Shown here in pieces: positions 45,565 through 56,303 of a stretch of 64,000 nucleotides of DNA. Below the pieces are notes generated by a model that was given only the letters and a program-made list of their open reading frames with translations, was not told the origin of the DNA and searched no databases. A program made the translations under genes and the position numbers. The stretch comes from an uncultured Acidobacteriota bacterium (lineage in GTDB: Bacteria; Acidobacteriota; Vicinamibacteria; Vicinamibacterales; SCN-69-37). Every line of letters starts with the position of its first letter. Position 1 is the stretch's first letter. Location: the NCBI GenBank assembly GCA_963780895.1, contig CAWAEG010000011.1, positions 132,355 to 196,354 of the forward strand, given 5' to 3'.

Positions 45565-46704
45565 GTGAACGGCCTGATTTCGGCCTGTCTCGGGGCCGAA
45601 TCGCAAATCGTCCGCCTCGCTCGCGATCTCGTCGCCGAGGAGTCGCCGAGCACGGATCGCGCGGCGCTCGAGCGGTGCGCGTCGGTGCTGGCCGCGCGGC
45701 TCCTCGACGCGGGCGCATCCATCGAGCATATCGACGGCGGGCCCACCGCGGCGCATATCCTGGCGCAGTGGCGCGGCGGCGGACCGCGCGTGTTGCTCGT
45801 GGGTCATTTCGACACCGTCTGGCCCGTCGGCCAGCTCGCGCGCATGCCGCTCGAAGAGAAAGACGGCAAGCTCTTCGGTCCCGGCGTCCTCGACATGAAG
45901 GCCGGCCTGGCGATCGGGATCACGGCGGCGCGGCTCGTCGCTGCCGAGTTGCCGGAATCGTCGCGCCCGCACGTGCGGCTTCTCGCGACGACTGACGAGG
46001 AGGTCGGCAGCGCGACGTCGCGGGTGACGATCGAGACGCTCGCGCGGAACAGCGACGCGGTGCTCGTGCTCGAACCGGCGTTGCCCGGCGGCGCGGTGAA
46101 GACCGCGCGCAAAGGCGTCGGCGAGTTCGAGCTCCTTGTCGAAGGGATCTCGTCGCACGCCGGCGCCGACCCGGGGGCGGGCGCCAGCGCGGTCCACGAG
46201 CTTGCGAAGCAAATCACCACGATCGCAGGAATGACCGACGGCGGTCGCGGGCTCACGGTGAACGTCGGCGTCATCGACGGCGGCACCAGGTCCAACGTCG
46301 TCGCCGAGCGTGCCCGGGCGTTCATCGATGTTCGCATCGCCCGCCTGGAGGATGCCGCGGCGATTGAGCACGCATTCGCCGAGCTCCGTCCGGTGGACTC
46401 ACGCGTAAAGCTGACCGTCACCGGCCGGATCAACCGGCCGCCGATGGAACGCACTCCAGGCGTGGCCCGCCTCTACGCACTGGCACAGGAGGTCGCCGGG
46501 AGTATGGGTCGCTCGCTCGCTGAAGGCGCGACGGGCGGGGCCTCGGATGGAAACTTCACGGCCGCGCTCGGCATCCCAACTCTTGACGGCCTTGGTGCGA
46601 TCGGTGACGGGCCACACGCGCTCCATGAGCATGTCGTCATCAAGGAACTGGCGCCGCGCGCGGCGCTCGTCGCCGGCCTCCTGGCCCGGATCAGGGATAA
46701 TTGA
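45565..46704 (+). CDS. M20 metallopeptidase (glutamate carboxypeptidase-like)
   Basis: GHFDTV, GPGVLDMKAG, DEEVGS, GGASDGN, H..HEH. Confidence 0.9.
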   Translation: MNGLISACLGAESQIVRLARDLVAEESPSTDRAALERCASVLAARLLDAGASIEHIDGGPTAAHILAQWRGGGPRVLLVGHFDTVWPVGQLARMPLEEKDGKLFGPGVLDMKAGLAIGITAARLVAAELPESSRPHVRLLATTDEEVGSATSRVTIETLARNSDAVLVLEPALPGGAVKTARKGVGEFELLVEGISSHAGADPGAGASAVHELAKQITTIAGMTDGGRGLTVNVGVIDGGTRSNVVAERARAFIDVRIARLEDAAAIEHAFAELRPVDSRVKLTVTGRINRPPMERTPGVARLYALAQEVAGSMGRSLAEGATGGASDGNFTAALGIPTLDGLGAIGDGPHALHEHVVIKELAPRAALVAGLLARIRDN

Positions 46705-46707
46705 GCC

Positions 46708-47547
46708 ATGTCCAGCACTTTGAAGACCGCGGTTCTGTTGGCGTTCCTCAGCGGCCTGCTGATCGTCGCCGGCGGCGCGATTGGCGGGCGCGGCGGAGTC
46801 ATCATCGCGTTTGTATTCGCGCTGTTGATGAACGCCGGCAGCTACTGGTTCTCCGACAAGATCGTTCTCCGCATGTATCGAGCGGATCCCGTCGGACCGG
46901 ATCATCCGCTGTATCGCATCACGGCGCGGCTCGCCCAGAAGGCGGGCCTCCCGATGCCGAAGGTCTACCTCATCCCGGACATGTCGCCCAACGCGTTCGC
47001 GACGGGACGCAATCCGCAGAACGCGGCGGTCGCCGCCACCGAAGGGCTCCTCCGGCTGCTTCCGGAGCCCGAGGTCGAAGGCGTGATCGCCCATGAGCTC
47101 GCGCACGTGAAGCACCGCGACATTCTCATCAGCACCGTGGCGGCCACGATCGGCGCGGCCATCACGATGCTCGCCCATATGGCGATGTTCATCCCGATGG
47201 GCTCGCGCGACGACGACCGCGGCGGCACGAATCCGATCGTCGCCATCGCGATGTTGCTGCTCGCGCCGATCGCCGCGACGATCATTCAGCTCGCCATCTC
47301 GCGCCAGCGCGAGTTCGGCGCCGATCGCGGCGGCGCGCAGATCGCCGGCTCGCCGATGGGTCTCGCGTCAGCGCTGCGGCGTATCGACGCCGCCGTGAAG
47401 CAGATTCCGATGGACGCCAACCCGGCCACGGCGCACATGTTCATCATGAGCCCGTTCGCCGGCGGCGGCCTCTCGAAGCTGTTCTCCAGCCATCCGCCGA
47501 CGGAAGAGCGCGTGAAGGCGCTGATGGCGCTGAGAGGCATTGGGTAA
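46708..47547 (+). CDS. htpX: Zinc metalloprotease HtpX
   Basis: PNAFATGRNP, AHELAH, SR.RE..AD, SHPP...R. Confidence 0.93.
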   Translation: MSSTLKTAVLLAFLSGLLIVAGGAIGGRGGVIIAFVFALLMNAGSYWFSDKIVLRMYRADPVGPDHPLYRITARLAQKAGLPMPKVYLIPDMSPNAFATGRNPQNAAVAATEGLLRLLPEPEVEGVIAHELAHVKHRDILISTVAATIGAAITMLAHMAMFIPMGSRDDDRGGTNPIVAIAMLLLAPIAATIIQLAISRQREFGADRGGAQIAGSPMGLASALRRIDAAVKQIPMDANPATAHMFIMSPFAGGGLSKLFSSHPPTEERVKALMALRGIG

Positions 47548-48501
47548 TTACTCAATTACCCGATTACTCAATGCCCGTACTGTTTCCTTCACCTTCGCGG
47601 CGTACTCCGTCGACGCGTAGGCTCGCGGATACAGCCGCCGGTACCCCTCCAGCAAATGCGGATACTCGCGCGCCAGGAACGCGAAGAAGTGTTCCTTGAC
47701 GCCCGGGTCGAGCCGCGCGACGTTCGCGCCGACCTGCCGGACGCCGGCGTCGGCGAACGCCTGCAGTGATCGTTCGATGCTGGCGCGGGTCGTGGTGATG
47801 CCGGGGACCAGCGGCATCATCAGAATGCCGGTGTCGATGCCGGCGTCGCTCATCTGGCGGACGGCGCGAATCCGCTGGCGGGGCGAAGCAGTCCCGGGCT
47901 CCAGGCGCGACCACGCGTCCTCATCAACGCTCGGCACGCTCAGGTAGACCTCGCAGCCGGCGCGCCGCGTGGCCTCGCGCAGCAGATCGAGGTCCCGAAC
48001 CACCATCGGTCCCTTCGTGACAACTGAGAACGGTGTTTCTGCAGCGATAAGCGCCTCGAGACAGCGGCGCGTGAGGCGATAGTGGCCCTCGATCGGCTGA
48101 TACGGATCCGTCGCGGTGCCGACGGCGACATGCTCGCGTGCCCACGTCGGGCGGCCCAACTCGCGCCGAAGGACCTCGGGAAGGTTGTGCTTGACCAGGA
48201 TGACCGTCGAGAAATCGTCGCCCGTGCCGAGCTCCAGATGCCGCTGGTACTTGCGCGCGTAGCAGTACTCGCAGGCGTGCGTGCACCCACGATACGGATT
48301 GAGCGCCCACTTGAACGGCATGCCGATGGCCTTGGCCATCGCGGACCGGACCGTGACTTCCTGGTAGCGCGCTTCGTCGGCGCGCCGCATCGCCGACGGC
48401 AATCCTTCGATGCCAGCGTCCTTGACCGCCTCGGCCACCTCCCGAAGCGTAGGCGACCGGACGACGTCCGGAAGCAGCGAAAGCTGGAGGGCTTTTGACA
48501 C
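47548..48501 (-). CDS. Radical SAM protein (SPL-like / Rv2578c-type, DNA-repair associated)
   Basis: NPYRGCTHACEYCYAR, GTATDPYQP.E; likely GTG start at 48501. Confidence 0.85.
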   Translation of the reverse strand: MSKALQLSLLPDVVRSPTLREVAEAVKDAGIEGLPSAMRRADEARYQEVTVRSAMAKAIGMPFKWALNPYRGCTHACEYCYARKYQRHLELGTGDDFSTVILVKHNLPEVLRRELGRPTWAREHVAVGTATDPYQPIEGHYRLTRRCLEALIAAETPFSVVTKGPMVVRDLDLLREATRRAGCEVYLSVPSVDEDAWSRLEPGTASPRQRIRAVRQMSDAGIDTGILMMPLVPGITTTRASIERSLQAFADAGVRQVGANVARLDPGVKEHFFAFLAREYPHLLEGYRRLYPRAYASTEYAAKVKETVRALSNRVIE

Positions 48502-48503
48502 CT

Positions 48504-48540
48504 TTCGCCTTATTTTCGTCTGTCGCGAAGCGCTCGTCAA
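48504..48540 (-). promoter_or_regulatory. Promoter with a direct-repeat operator
   Basis: TTGACG-N17-GAAAAT; CGAA-N7-CGAA overlaps the -10. Confidence 0.5.
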
Positions 48541-48581
48541 GCTGAGGTGTCGGCCGGGATGTTGACTGAGAGAGCGCCTGT

Positions 48582-48662
48582 GGCCCCGCGCGAGGATAGC
48601 GAGTCTGCGAGCGCCGGAGCGCGAGCGAGCGGGGGTGGGGCCCCGCGAGCACTGAGAAAAGA
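48582..48662. repeat. Intergenic GC-rich palindromic repeat
   Basis: gcgggggtggggccccgcgagcactgag resembles the central module of elements A/B. Confidence 0.5.
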
Positions 48663-48693
48663 AGACAGAACTGCTGAACCCGGGACCGGCCGT

Positions 48694-49602
48694 CTACAAG
48701 ACGTACGCCAGCGCAAATCCGATCTGCGCCACGAACATCATTCGATACATGTGCGCCCACGAGACGTGGTTTTCCTCGACCGCGAGATCCTCCGGGCGCT
48801 TGAGCATCAGGTAACAGACGTACAGGCCGTAGACCGTCATGACCACTCCAAGCGCGTGCAGCAGAATCGCGTGGCCGGTGAGAATGCCGGCGAAGGTGCC
48901 GACGTTGATGAGGAGAAACGGCAGGACGAATGAGGGCGAGATCATCCACGCGGCGCGACGCACCCCGTACAGGATCGGCAGCGTTCGGCACCCTCCAAGG
49001 CGATCCCCTTCCATGTCAGCGAAGTCCTTTGTCGTCGACGCGCCCAGGAGGAAGAGGCCGAAAATCGTGCCGATGAACCAGGGTTCGACGCCGACGACGG
49101 TCTTGACCGACGACCAGCCGGCCACCTTCAACAGCACGCCGCGCGGCAACGCGATCGTGATGTTCGCCCACCAACCGCGTTGTTTCGTGCGGAGCGGCGG
49201 CACCGAGTAGATGTACGTCGCGATGATGGCGACGACGACGATCCAGAAACATTCGTGGCGGCCGCCAGGCGCGACCAGCCAGGCGAGCCACAGCGTCAGC
49301 GCGTAGGTGAGCCCCACGAACCACCAGGCCTCTGCGATCGACAGCCGCGCGCTCGGCAGCGGCCGTTTGCCTTTGTTCACGCGATCGATCTCGAGGTCGT
49401 AGATTTGATTGAGCGCGTTGTTGCCGGCGTTGAAGACGACGGCCATCCCCGATCCGATGAGGGCTGGCACGAGGAGATCCCAGCTCCAGACCTCCGGCGG
49501 ACGCGCACCAATCGCCGTGACCGCACCCGAAAAAAACCCGAGCGCCGGCGCAATCAGGGTGAACGGCCGCGCGAGCTCAACGTAAGCCCTGAAGCCGGAC
49601 AT
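48694..49602 (-). CDS. UbiA-family prenyltransferase
   Basis: ELARPFTL, NQIYDLEIDRVNK.KRPLPS, YS.PP.R.K, KDFADMEGD..G.RTLP. Confidence 0.9.
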   Translation of the reverse strand: MSGFRAYVELARPFTLIAPALGFFSGAVTAIGARPPEVWSWDLLVPALIGSGMAVVFNAGNNALNQIYDLEIDRVNKGKRPLPSARLSIAEAWWFVGLTYALTLWLAWLVAPGGRHECFWIVVVAIIATYIYSVPPLRTKQRGWWANITIALPRGVLLKVAGWSSVKTVVGVEPWFIGTIFGLFLLGASTTKDFADMEGDRLGGCRTLPILYGVRRAAWMISPSFVLPFLLINVGTFAGILTGHAILLHALGVVMTVYGLYVCYLMLKRPEDLAVEENHVSWAHMYRMMFVAQIGFALAYVL

Positions 49603-50918
49603 CAGAAGACCAGCCCCAGGGCCAGCGCCGCTCCGATCACCGAGTTGATCAGATTCAGGGCGTCGTTGTTGAGCGTGCCGCGGGCCTCGAGCGTCGCGCC
49701 CAGCGCGCCTTCGACGAGTCCCGCCGCCGTCGCCGCGACGACAACCGCCGCGACCCACCTCGCGGGGATGAGTTCAAGACCAACCGCCGCCATGGCAAGG
49801 AGCACCGCCGCAACGATGCCCGCGATCGTGCCTTCCATCGACACCGCACCGGGGGTTCCGGGGCTCACGCGCCGGAAGCCTACGATCAGCCACGTCGTCT
49901 TGCCCCAGGCCTTGCCGACTTCACTCGCGACTGAATCGCTCGCGGACGTCACCAGCGCGGCAACCATCGCGAGCGTGGCCAGCGCCGGTTGCGCGACGCC
50001 AAGACAGAGGAGCGCCGCCCACGCCGCCAGGCCGGTGTTCGCGAGGGCATTGCCCGGTCCGCGTCGTCCGCCGCGCTCTTCCGCGATGCCGGCGGCGGCC
50101 TTGCGGCGGAAGCCGGCAAACGTGGCCAGCGTGGTGGCGAGAAACGACGCGAAGAGCAGCACCCAGCCGGGCCACCCGGTTCCGAGATAGACAGCGATTC
50201 CGATCACCGCTCCCGTGACGGCACCCGCCAATGTGACCGTGCGCGCGAAGTAGCCCATCGAGGCCACGATCACATTCAGCGCCACCGCCGGAATCATTCG
50301 CGACGTCCAGATCGGCATGGAAGCGCGCACGAGATCCGCGTCGATCAGACTCACGCTCCACAACAGCAGCGCGGCTACCGCCGGCACAGAGATGTTGTCA
50401 TTCAGCCGGATGGGGGCCGTCTCGACGAACCCTGCCACGAGCGCGGCGATGCCCGGCGCAACGAGAATCCACCAGAGCGGCGTGTCGCCGGTTGCGGTCC
50501 AGGCCGCGAGGCCCGATCCGGCGATCCATCCGAACAGCACGAACGACACCAGCCCGCCGATCGACTTGGCGCGGTTCCACGGCAGCGGTGCCGTTCTCGC
50601 ATGTCTCCCGACCAGCGTGGCCATCCCGTCGCCCGCCGCGAGGATGCCCCACGCCGCCGCGGCGATTTCCATCTGGCGCGGAAAGCAGATCAACAGCGCA
50701 AGGACGGCGAGCGGGTACACGATGATGCCCGACCGGATGGGCGCCTCGAGGTCGCCGGGCCTGAACACGCTCGGCGCGATGCGGGGCAGGACGATCACGT
50801 TGAAGAGGACCGCGGCGGCGGCGATGATCGCCGCCTGCCACCACGTGAGCCAGGGCAGGAGCAGCGCACCGGCAGCGGCCAGGATGTGGATGAGCTGCCG
50901 GCGGATCTCGGGCGTCAC
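49602..50918 (-). CDS. Phytol/dolichol-kinase-like plus DUF92 fusion membrane protein
   Basis: N-terminal RQLIH, AGDGMATLVG, KSIGG, DNISVP; C-terminal GRRG.GNA.AN, SDSVASEVG, PGT.GAVS.EGT, N..LN..N. Confidence 0.8.
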   Translation of the reverse strand: MTPEIRRQLIHILAAAGALLLPWLTWWQAAIIAAAAVLFNVIVLPRIAPSVFRPGDLEAPIRSGIIVYPLAVLALLICFPRQMEIAAAAWGILAAGDGMATLVGRHARTAPLPWNRAKSIGGLVSFVLFGWIAGSGLAAWTATGDTPLWWILVAPGIAALVAGFVETAPIRLNDNISVPAVAALLLWSVSLIDADLVRASMPIWTSRMIPAVALNVIVASMGYFARTVTLAGAVTGAVIGIAVYLGTGWPGWVLLFASFLATTLATFAGFRRKAAAGIAEERGGRRGPGNALANTGLAAWAALLCLGVAQPALATLAMVAALVTSASDSVASEVGKAWGKTTWLIVGFRRVSPGTPGAVSMEGTIAGIVAAVLLAMAAVGLELIPARWVAAVVVAATAAGLVEGALGATLEARGTLNNDALNLINSVIGAALALGLVF

Positions 50919-51863
50919 CGGCCGGCTGCCACTTCGGCGCGCCAGTACTCGAGCGTATCCCGCAGCGTCTGCTCGACGCGGATCTTCGGCGCCCAGCCGA
51001 TCTCCGCGCGAATCCGGGTCGCGTCGCCCTGGACGACGGGCACGTCGTTCGGCCGCAGGCGCGATTCGTCCACCTCCACGCGGACCGGCGTCTGCGCCAA
51101 CTGCCGCAGCTCGTCGAGGAGATCACCGATCTTCCAGGCGCGGCCCGAGCAGATGTTGTACGGGCGGCCGCGCGGCGCCGACTCCATGAGACTGACGTAG
51201 GCATGGACGACGTCGCGCACGTCGGTGAGATCGCGGCGCGTGTCGAGATTGCCGACGCGGATTTCGGGCGGCGCGAGCCCCGCTTCAATGCGCGCGATCT
51301 GCCGGGCGAAGCTCGGAATCGCGAACGCCGGACTCTGTCCAGGGCCGGCGTGGTTGAACGGCCGTGCGAGGACCACGTCGAGGCCGTCCTCGTAACAGGC
51401 GCGTTGCGCCAGCTGATCCTGAGCGAGCTTCGACAGCCCGTACGGCGTCGAGGGCAGGAGCGCGGTCTCTTCGCTGATCGGTTCGTCGGTGACCTGGTAG
51501 ACCAGCGCTGACGACACGACGAGCACGCGGCACGGTTCGTCCCGGACCCGTACGGCGTCGAGCAGGTGGTGCGTGGCGAGCGCGTTTGCGCGAAGGTGCG
51601 GCACGACGTTCTGCCACGACGTGTCCACTTGCGGCGCGCCGGCGACATGGTAGATCCGCGTCCGGCCCCACTTCGTCAAGAGCGTGCGCGACTGCGGCGC
51701 GGTCGAGCAGATCGACCGCCAGCCAATCGACGTCGCGGTCGAGGTCCGGACCGGTGCCATCGGGCCGATACCAAGCGACCACCGGCGAGCGGTCGGCGAG
51801 TCGATCCAGCAGGTGCCTGCCGACGAAGCCTGTCGCGCCGGTGACCAGCGTCGTCGAGGCCAT
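50915..51863 (-). pseudogene. NDP-sugar dehydratase/reductase (Rmd/GMD-like) with one apparent +1 frameshift near 51663
   Basis: LVTGATGFVG lies in one frame; IYHVAG, PYGLSK, RPFNHAGP and RDLTDVRD lie in another. Confidence 0.8.
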
Positions 51864-51870
51864 CGAAGAC

Positions 51871-52893
51871 TTAGACGGGAGACTGCCGCTTGCCGTACTG
51901 CGCGTCGTAGTAGGCGCGGAACGCGCGGTCCTGGTCCTTGATCGGACGCCACCAGCCTTCGTTGTGGCGATACCACTCGACGGTGGCGGCGAGGCCGGTC
52001 TCGAAGTCCATCCTGGGCCGCCAGCCGAGCGCCTGCACCTTCGACGTGTCGAGGGCATACCGGCGATCGTGTCCCGGCCGATCGGTGACGGGCTGAATCA
52101 AGGACTCGGGCCGGCCGACCAGACCGAGGATGCGGCGGGTGAGCTCGATGTTCGGCACTTCGTTGCCGCCGCCGATGTTGTAGGTCTCGCCGGGTTGTCC
52201 GCGGTCGATCAGGAAATCGAGCGCGCGGCAGTGATCGTCCACGTGCAGCCAGTCACGCACGTTCAGGCCATCGCCGTAGAGCGGCACCGGCTTGTTGTCG
52301 ATGGCGTTGGTCGTGAAGAGCGGGATGACTTTTTCCGGGAATTGGTTCGGACCGTAATTGTTCGACGCGCGCGTGACGATGACCGGAACGTCGTGCGTCG
52401 CCCAGTAGCTGTAGGCGAGCCGGTCGGCGCCCGCCTTGCTCGCGGCGTACGGATTGCGCGGCCGCAGCTCGTCGGTCTCGCGGCTCTGGCCTTCGGGCAC
52501 GCTGCCGTACACCTCGTCGGTCGAGATCTGGACGAATGTCCTGAGGCCCGGCGCCTCGCGCGCGGCCTCGAGCAGGACGAAGGTGCCGAACACGTCCGTG
52601 TGGATGAAATCGCCCGCGGCGAGGATCGATCGATCCACGTGGGTCTCGGCGGCGAAGTGCACGACGATTTCCGACGCGCGCACGAGCGGCGCGGCCACGG
52701 CCGCGTCGGCGATGTCGCCTTTGACGAACCGGTGGCGCGGGCTGTCCTTCACGCTGTCGAGGTTCTCGAGCCGGCCCGCGTAGGTGAGCTTGTCGAGCGT
52801 CGTGATGCGCCAGTCGGGATGCGCGTCGTGCGCCCAGCGGACGAAGTTCGATCCGATGAATCCGGCGCCGCCGGTGACGAGCACTTCTACCAT
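51871..52893 (-). CDS. rfbB: dTDP-glucose 4,6-dehydratase
   Basis: [40 protein letters not shown]. Confidence 0.95.
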   Translation of the reverse strand: MVEVLVTGGAGFIGSNFVRWAHDAHPDWRITTLDKLTYAGRLENLDSVKDSPRHRFVKGDIADAAVAAPLVRASEIVVHFAAETHVDRSILAAGDFIHTDVFGTFVLLEAAREAPGLRTFVQISTDEVYGSVPEGQSRETDELRPRNPYAASKAGADRLAYSYWATHDVPVIVTRASNNYGPNQFPEKVIPLFTTNAIDNKPVPLYGDGLNVRDWLHVDDHCRALDFLIDRGQPGETYNIGGGNEVPNIELTRRILGLVGRPESLIQPVTDRPGHDRRYALDTSKVQALGWRPRMDFETGLAATVEWYRHNEGWWRPIKDQDRAFRAYYDAQYGKRQSPV

Positions 52894-53955
52894 CGAATGC
52901 CCACTTCGGAGTTGTCGCCGAGCATGAACCGGTAGGCGGACGGCTTTTTCGGCGCGCGGTAGATGTGCACGCCCCGTCCGATCAGGCTGTCCTCGATCCG
53001 GTTGGCGAGATCGGCGATCACGGCGCCCTCGAGCACGATGCTGTGCTCGATTTCGGTCTCCCGGATTTCGACGCGGTCGCCGATCGAAGTGAACGGCCCG
53101 ATGTACGCGCCTGAGATCTTCGCGTCCGCGCCGATAATGACCGGTCCGCGGACGATCGAGCGCTCGATGACGGCGCCCGGTCCGACGACAACCTTGCCTT
53201 CGATTCGGGAGTCGTCCGACACGCGCCCCTCGATCTTCGCCTCGAGCGTGTCGAGGATGAGCCGGTTGGCTTCGAGCATGTCTTCGAGCTTCCCGGTGTC
53301 CTTCCACCAGCCGTCCACGATGTGCGCCCGGACCTCGAGGCCCTGGTCGATCAGATCCTGGATGGCGTCGGTGATCTCGAGCTCGTTTCGGAAGCTCGGC
53401 TTGATCCGCTTGACCGAGTCGAAGACCTCCCGCCCGAACATGTACACGCCGACGAGCGCCAGATCGCTTTTCGGTTCCTGCGGCTTCTCGACGAGCCGCA
53501 CGACGCGCTGGCCGTTGAGCTCGGCGACGCCGAACATCTGCGGGTCGGGCACCTTGGCGAGCAGAATCTGCGCGGCCGGTTTTTCGCGATGGAACTCCTC
53601 GACGAAGCTCGCGATGCTGTGCTTGAGCAGGTTGTCGCCGAGGTACATCACGAACTGATCGCCCTGGATGAACGACTCGCTGATCAGCACGGCGTGCGCC
53701 AGCCCGCGCGGCGCGTCCTGCTCGATGTACGTCACGCGGGCGCCCCAGCGCGATCCGTCGCTCGACCGCCGCCCGGATCTCAGCCGCCGTATCGCCGACG
53801 ACGATGCCGATGTCACGGATGCCGGCCGCGACGAGCGCCTCGAGCCCGTAGAAGAGCACGGGCTTGTTGGCCACGGGCACGAGCTGTTTGGCGCGTGTGT
53901 ATGTGATTGGCCGCAGGCGGGTTCCCTTCCCGCCGCTCAGGATCAACCCCTTCAT
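52887..53955 (-). pseudogene. rfbA: Glucose-1-phosphate thymidylyltransferase (long form) with an apparent +1 frameshift near 53762
   Basis: [10 protein letters not shown]...KQL.PV, then a frame switch to GDGS.WG, YLGDN, EKP, ELEITDA, WKDTG. Confidence 0.85.
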
Positions 53956-56294
53956 CGACGCCCGCTATTATCCCCGAAGGCACCGAACGGGTTGGCGAAC
54001 GAGCCGATCCCGGCGAGGGTGAACGACAGGCCGAACCGGCGGTCGGTCAGCGTGCCGGGGACTCCCACCGCGCCGACGACCGCGTTCTGGTAGTCGATCG
54101 AGATGCCGCAGCACTGTGCGTTGTAGTAGGCCACCCACCGCTGCTGGCGGAACGCCTGCTCGCGGAGGTCGTAGTCGAATCCGTAGCTGCCGCCCACGCG
54201 ATTCTGGAACAACTTGAACGACGAGCCTGCGTAGAGCGTGTGCGTCGTGACGTTGCTTTCGAACCCGGGCTGGCCGTTCGAGACCTGGTAATACTTCCGC
54301 CAGCCGGCTGTCACTTGCGTGTTCGGCATGTCGTACGCGCTCGACAGGCTGAACATCCGCGGCGTTTTGAACTCGGGATCGAGCTCCATCCGGAAGCGTG
54401 ACGCCCAGTGGTCGGTCGGCCGCCCATCGACGTCGAGCAACAGCGGGGAGAATTTCTGATTCGTCGCCGACTGGTAGTTCGGGTCGCTCTGCGCCGCGAG
54501 CGCGTTCGTGTGATAGGTCTGGCTCAGGCTCGCCGTGAGGATCGTCCGGACGTCGCCGGGTTTGCCGTCGCGTTTCCGCTTAGCCAGCAGTCGATTCGTC
54601 AACCCGTAGTTGAGCGACATCGTTCCGCCGACGTCATAGTCGCTCCCGTCGAACTTGACGACTTCCTCTGTGCGATCGAAGGGGGAAAGCCACCGCACCG
54701 AGACGTTCGGCTCGATGAGGTGCTTGAGTCGCTCCGCATAGCCGCTCTCGGGTGTCTGGAAGATGCGGGAGACCACCGGGCCGGTGACGTTCAGCCGTGC
54801 GTCCAGCAGTTGGCGCGTCAGCGGCCGGTTGATCTGTACCCTTGTAACGGGGTCGATGCTTTCGAGCCAGTGCGTCAACCGCCACGAGCCGGCGGCCGTC
54901 GCGGTGAGCCACGGCAGTTTGCTCAGCGGGAACCGCAGCGTGGGGAACGCGTCGAACCGCCACAGGCTGTGGTCCGTCGTGGGATCGTCGAGATCGTCCT
55001 GAGACAGCAGGTTCGCCATCTCGCCGTTCAGACCGAAATAGAGGCGCGAGCGGCGGATCGGTTTCTCGGTTGCCACGAGGTTCACTTGCGGCATGCGTCC
55101 CTGCCGGCGCGCGAGAAACTCAATCGTGCCGTCCGTCTGAGGCTCCTCGAAGAAGGCATCGCGCTGCTCGACGTTGGCCGAGAGGCGGTAGCGGCCGAGG
55201 TTGCCGTTCAAGGTGGCGCCGATGTAGCGATCGCGGCGCGACGACTCCGCGATGTTCTGCTGGTAGAGCTGTTTCGTCGTGATATCGGTAACGTAGTTGG
55301 TCCGGCTGTACAGGTGGAAGCCGCGCGGCAGGCTGACCGACGTATGGCCGGTGATGTCGTACGTGCGATGGGCCGCGCGGACGAGGTTGCCCGATGCGTC
55401 GAGCTGTTCGCTCTCGTCGAGCATGTAGACACGCGCTTGCCCGTTCGATCCCGGGGCGGCGACGAACCGGTATTCACCGGCGATTCCCTGACCCGTCTCC
55501 GAGTAGTAGTCGTGGTAGAACGTCGCGTCCTGGCTGCGATCGATGGCCCAGAAGAACGCATTGCTGAGCCCCGTGCCTTTGATCGAGGACGTGGTGTAGG
55601 TCGGCAGCAGGAACCCGGTCGATCGATCGTCCTCCTCCAGCGGGTAATAGATGACCGGCACGTAGAAAATCGGCACGTGCTTCACCTTGAGGACGGCATT
55701 GCGCAGGACGGCGCGTTTGTCGAGCACGATCGAGCCCGATGAGCCCGACATCTCCCAGCGCGGCGCCGGCTGCGCGCACGTCGTGAACCCGCCGTTCGTC
55801 AGCCGATACGACCGCGGCCCGGTCTTTTCGAGCTTCTCCGCGTGAAACGCCACCTCGGGCTCGAGCGTGCCGAACAGGCTCCGGTCCACTTGCCGGTCGG
55901 TCAGGTGCGCCGTGCCCGTCGCGTTGTAAAAGGTGCCGTTGCGCGTCTGGCGGTGAAACTCCGCGCGGTCGGCGGCGACGTTCAGGTCCGACTGCGACAG
56001 CACGACGTTGCCGCGGAAGTAGGCGACCTCGTCGCCATCCCGCCACTCGACTTCGTCGGCGAAGATCCGGGTCTCGTCGCATTCGATCGTGACGGGGTTC
56101 CGGGCGACGCCCTTCAGCAGCCTGCCGATCGGCTTTTCTTTGTCGTTGGGATCGAACAGCGTCTCGGCGCTGACCCGGATGACCAGACCGGTCTTGCACT
56201 CCCCGAACGGTCCGGTCGTCTGCTGCGCGAGGGCCTCACGGGCCGTGAGCAGAACCACCAGGACCGTCAGCGCGACGGCACTCCGTCGAAACAT
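53952..56294 (-). CDS. lptD: LPS-assembly protein LptD
   Basis: Signal peptide, OstA-like N-terminus, FTTC...P.W, R.TGFL.P, large beta-barrel, Y..QCC. Confidence 0.8.
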   Translation of the reverse strand: MFRRSAVALTVLVVLLTAREALAQQTTGPFGECKTGLVIRVSAETLFDPNDKEKPIGRLLKGVARNPVTIECDETRIFADEVEWRDGDEVAYFRGNVVLSQSDLNVAADRAEFHRQTRNGTFYNATGTAHLTDRQVDRSLFGTLEPEVAFHAEKLEKTGPRSYRLTNGGFTTCAQPAPRWEMSGSSGSIVLDKRAVLRNAVLKVKHVPIFYVPVIYYPLEEDDRSTGFLLPTYTTSSIKGTGLSNAFFWAIDRSQDATFYHDYYSETGQGIAGEYRFVAAPGSNGQARVYMLDESEQLDASGNLVRAAHRTYDITGHTSVSLPRGFHLYSRTNYVTDITTKQLYQQNIAESSRRDRYIGATLNGNLGRYRLSANVEQRDAFFEEPQTDGTIEFLARRQGRMPQVNLVATEKPIRRSRLYFGLNGEMANLLSQDDLDDPTTDHSLWRFDAFPTLRFPLSKLPWLTATAAGSWRLTHWLESIDPVTRVQINRPLTRQLLDARLNVTGPVVSRIFQTPESGYAERLKHLIEPNVSVRWLSPFDRTEEVVKFDGSDYDVGGTMSLNYGLTNRLLAKRKRDGKPGDVRTILTASLSQTYHTNALAAQSDPNYQSATNQKFSPLLLDVDGRPTDHWASRFRMELDPEFKTPRMFSLSSAYDMPNTQVTAGWRKYYQVSNGQPGFESNVTTHTLYAGSSFKLFQNRVGGSYGFDYDLREQAFRQQRWVAYYNAQCCGISIDYQNAVVGAVGVPGTLTDRRFGLSFTLAGIGSFANPFGAFGDNSGRR

Positions 56295-56303
56295 CGCCTG
56301 ATC

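Noticed and set aside
51871-53955. 694-aa RfbA-RfbB fusion ORF
   Set aside because: Artefact of the +1 shift near 53762; the middle is out-of-frame rfbA
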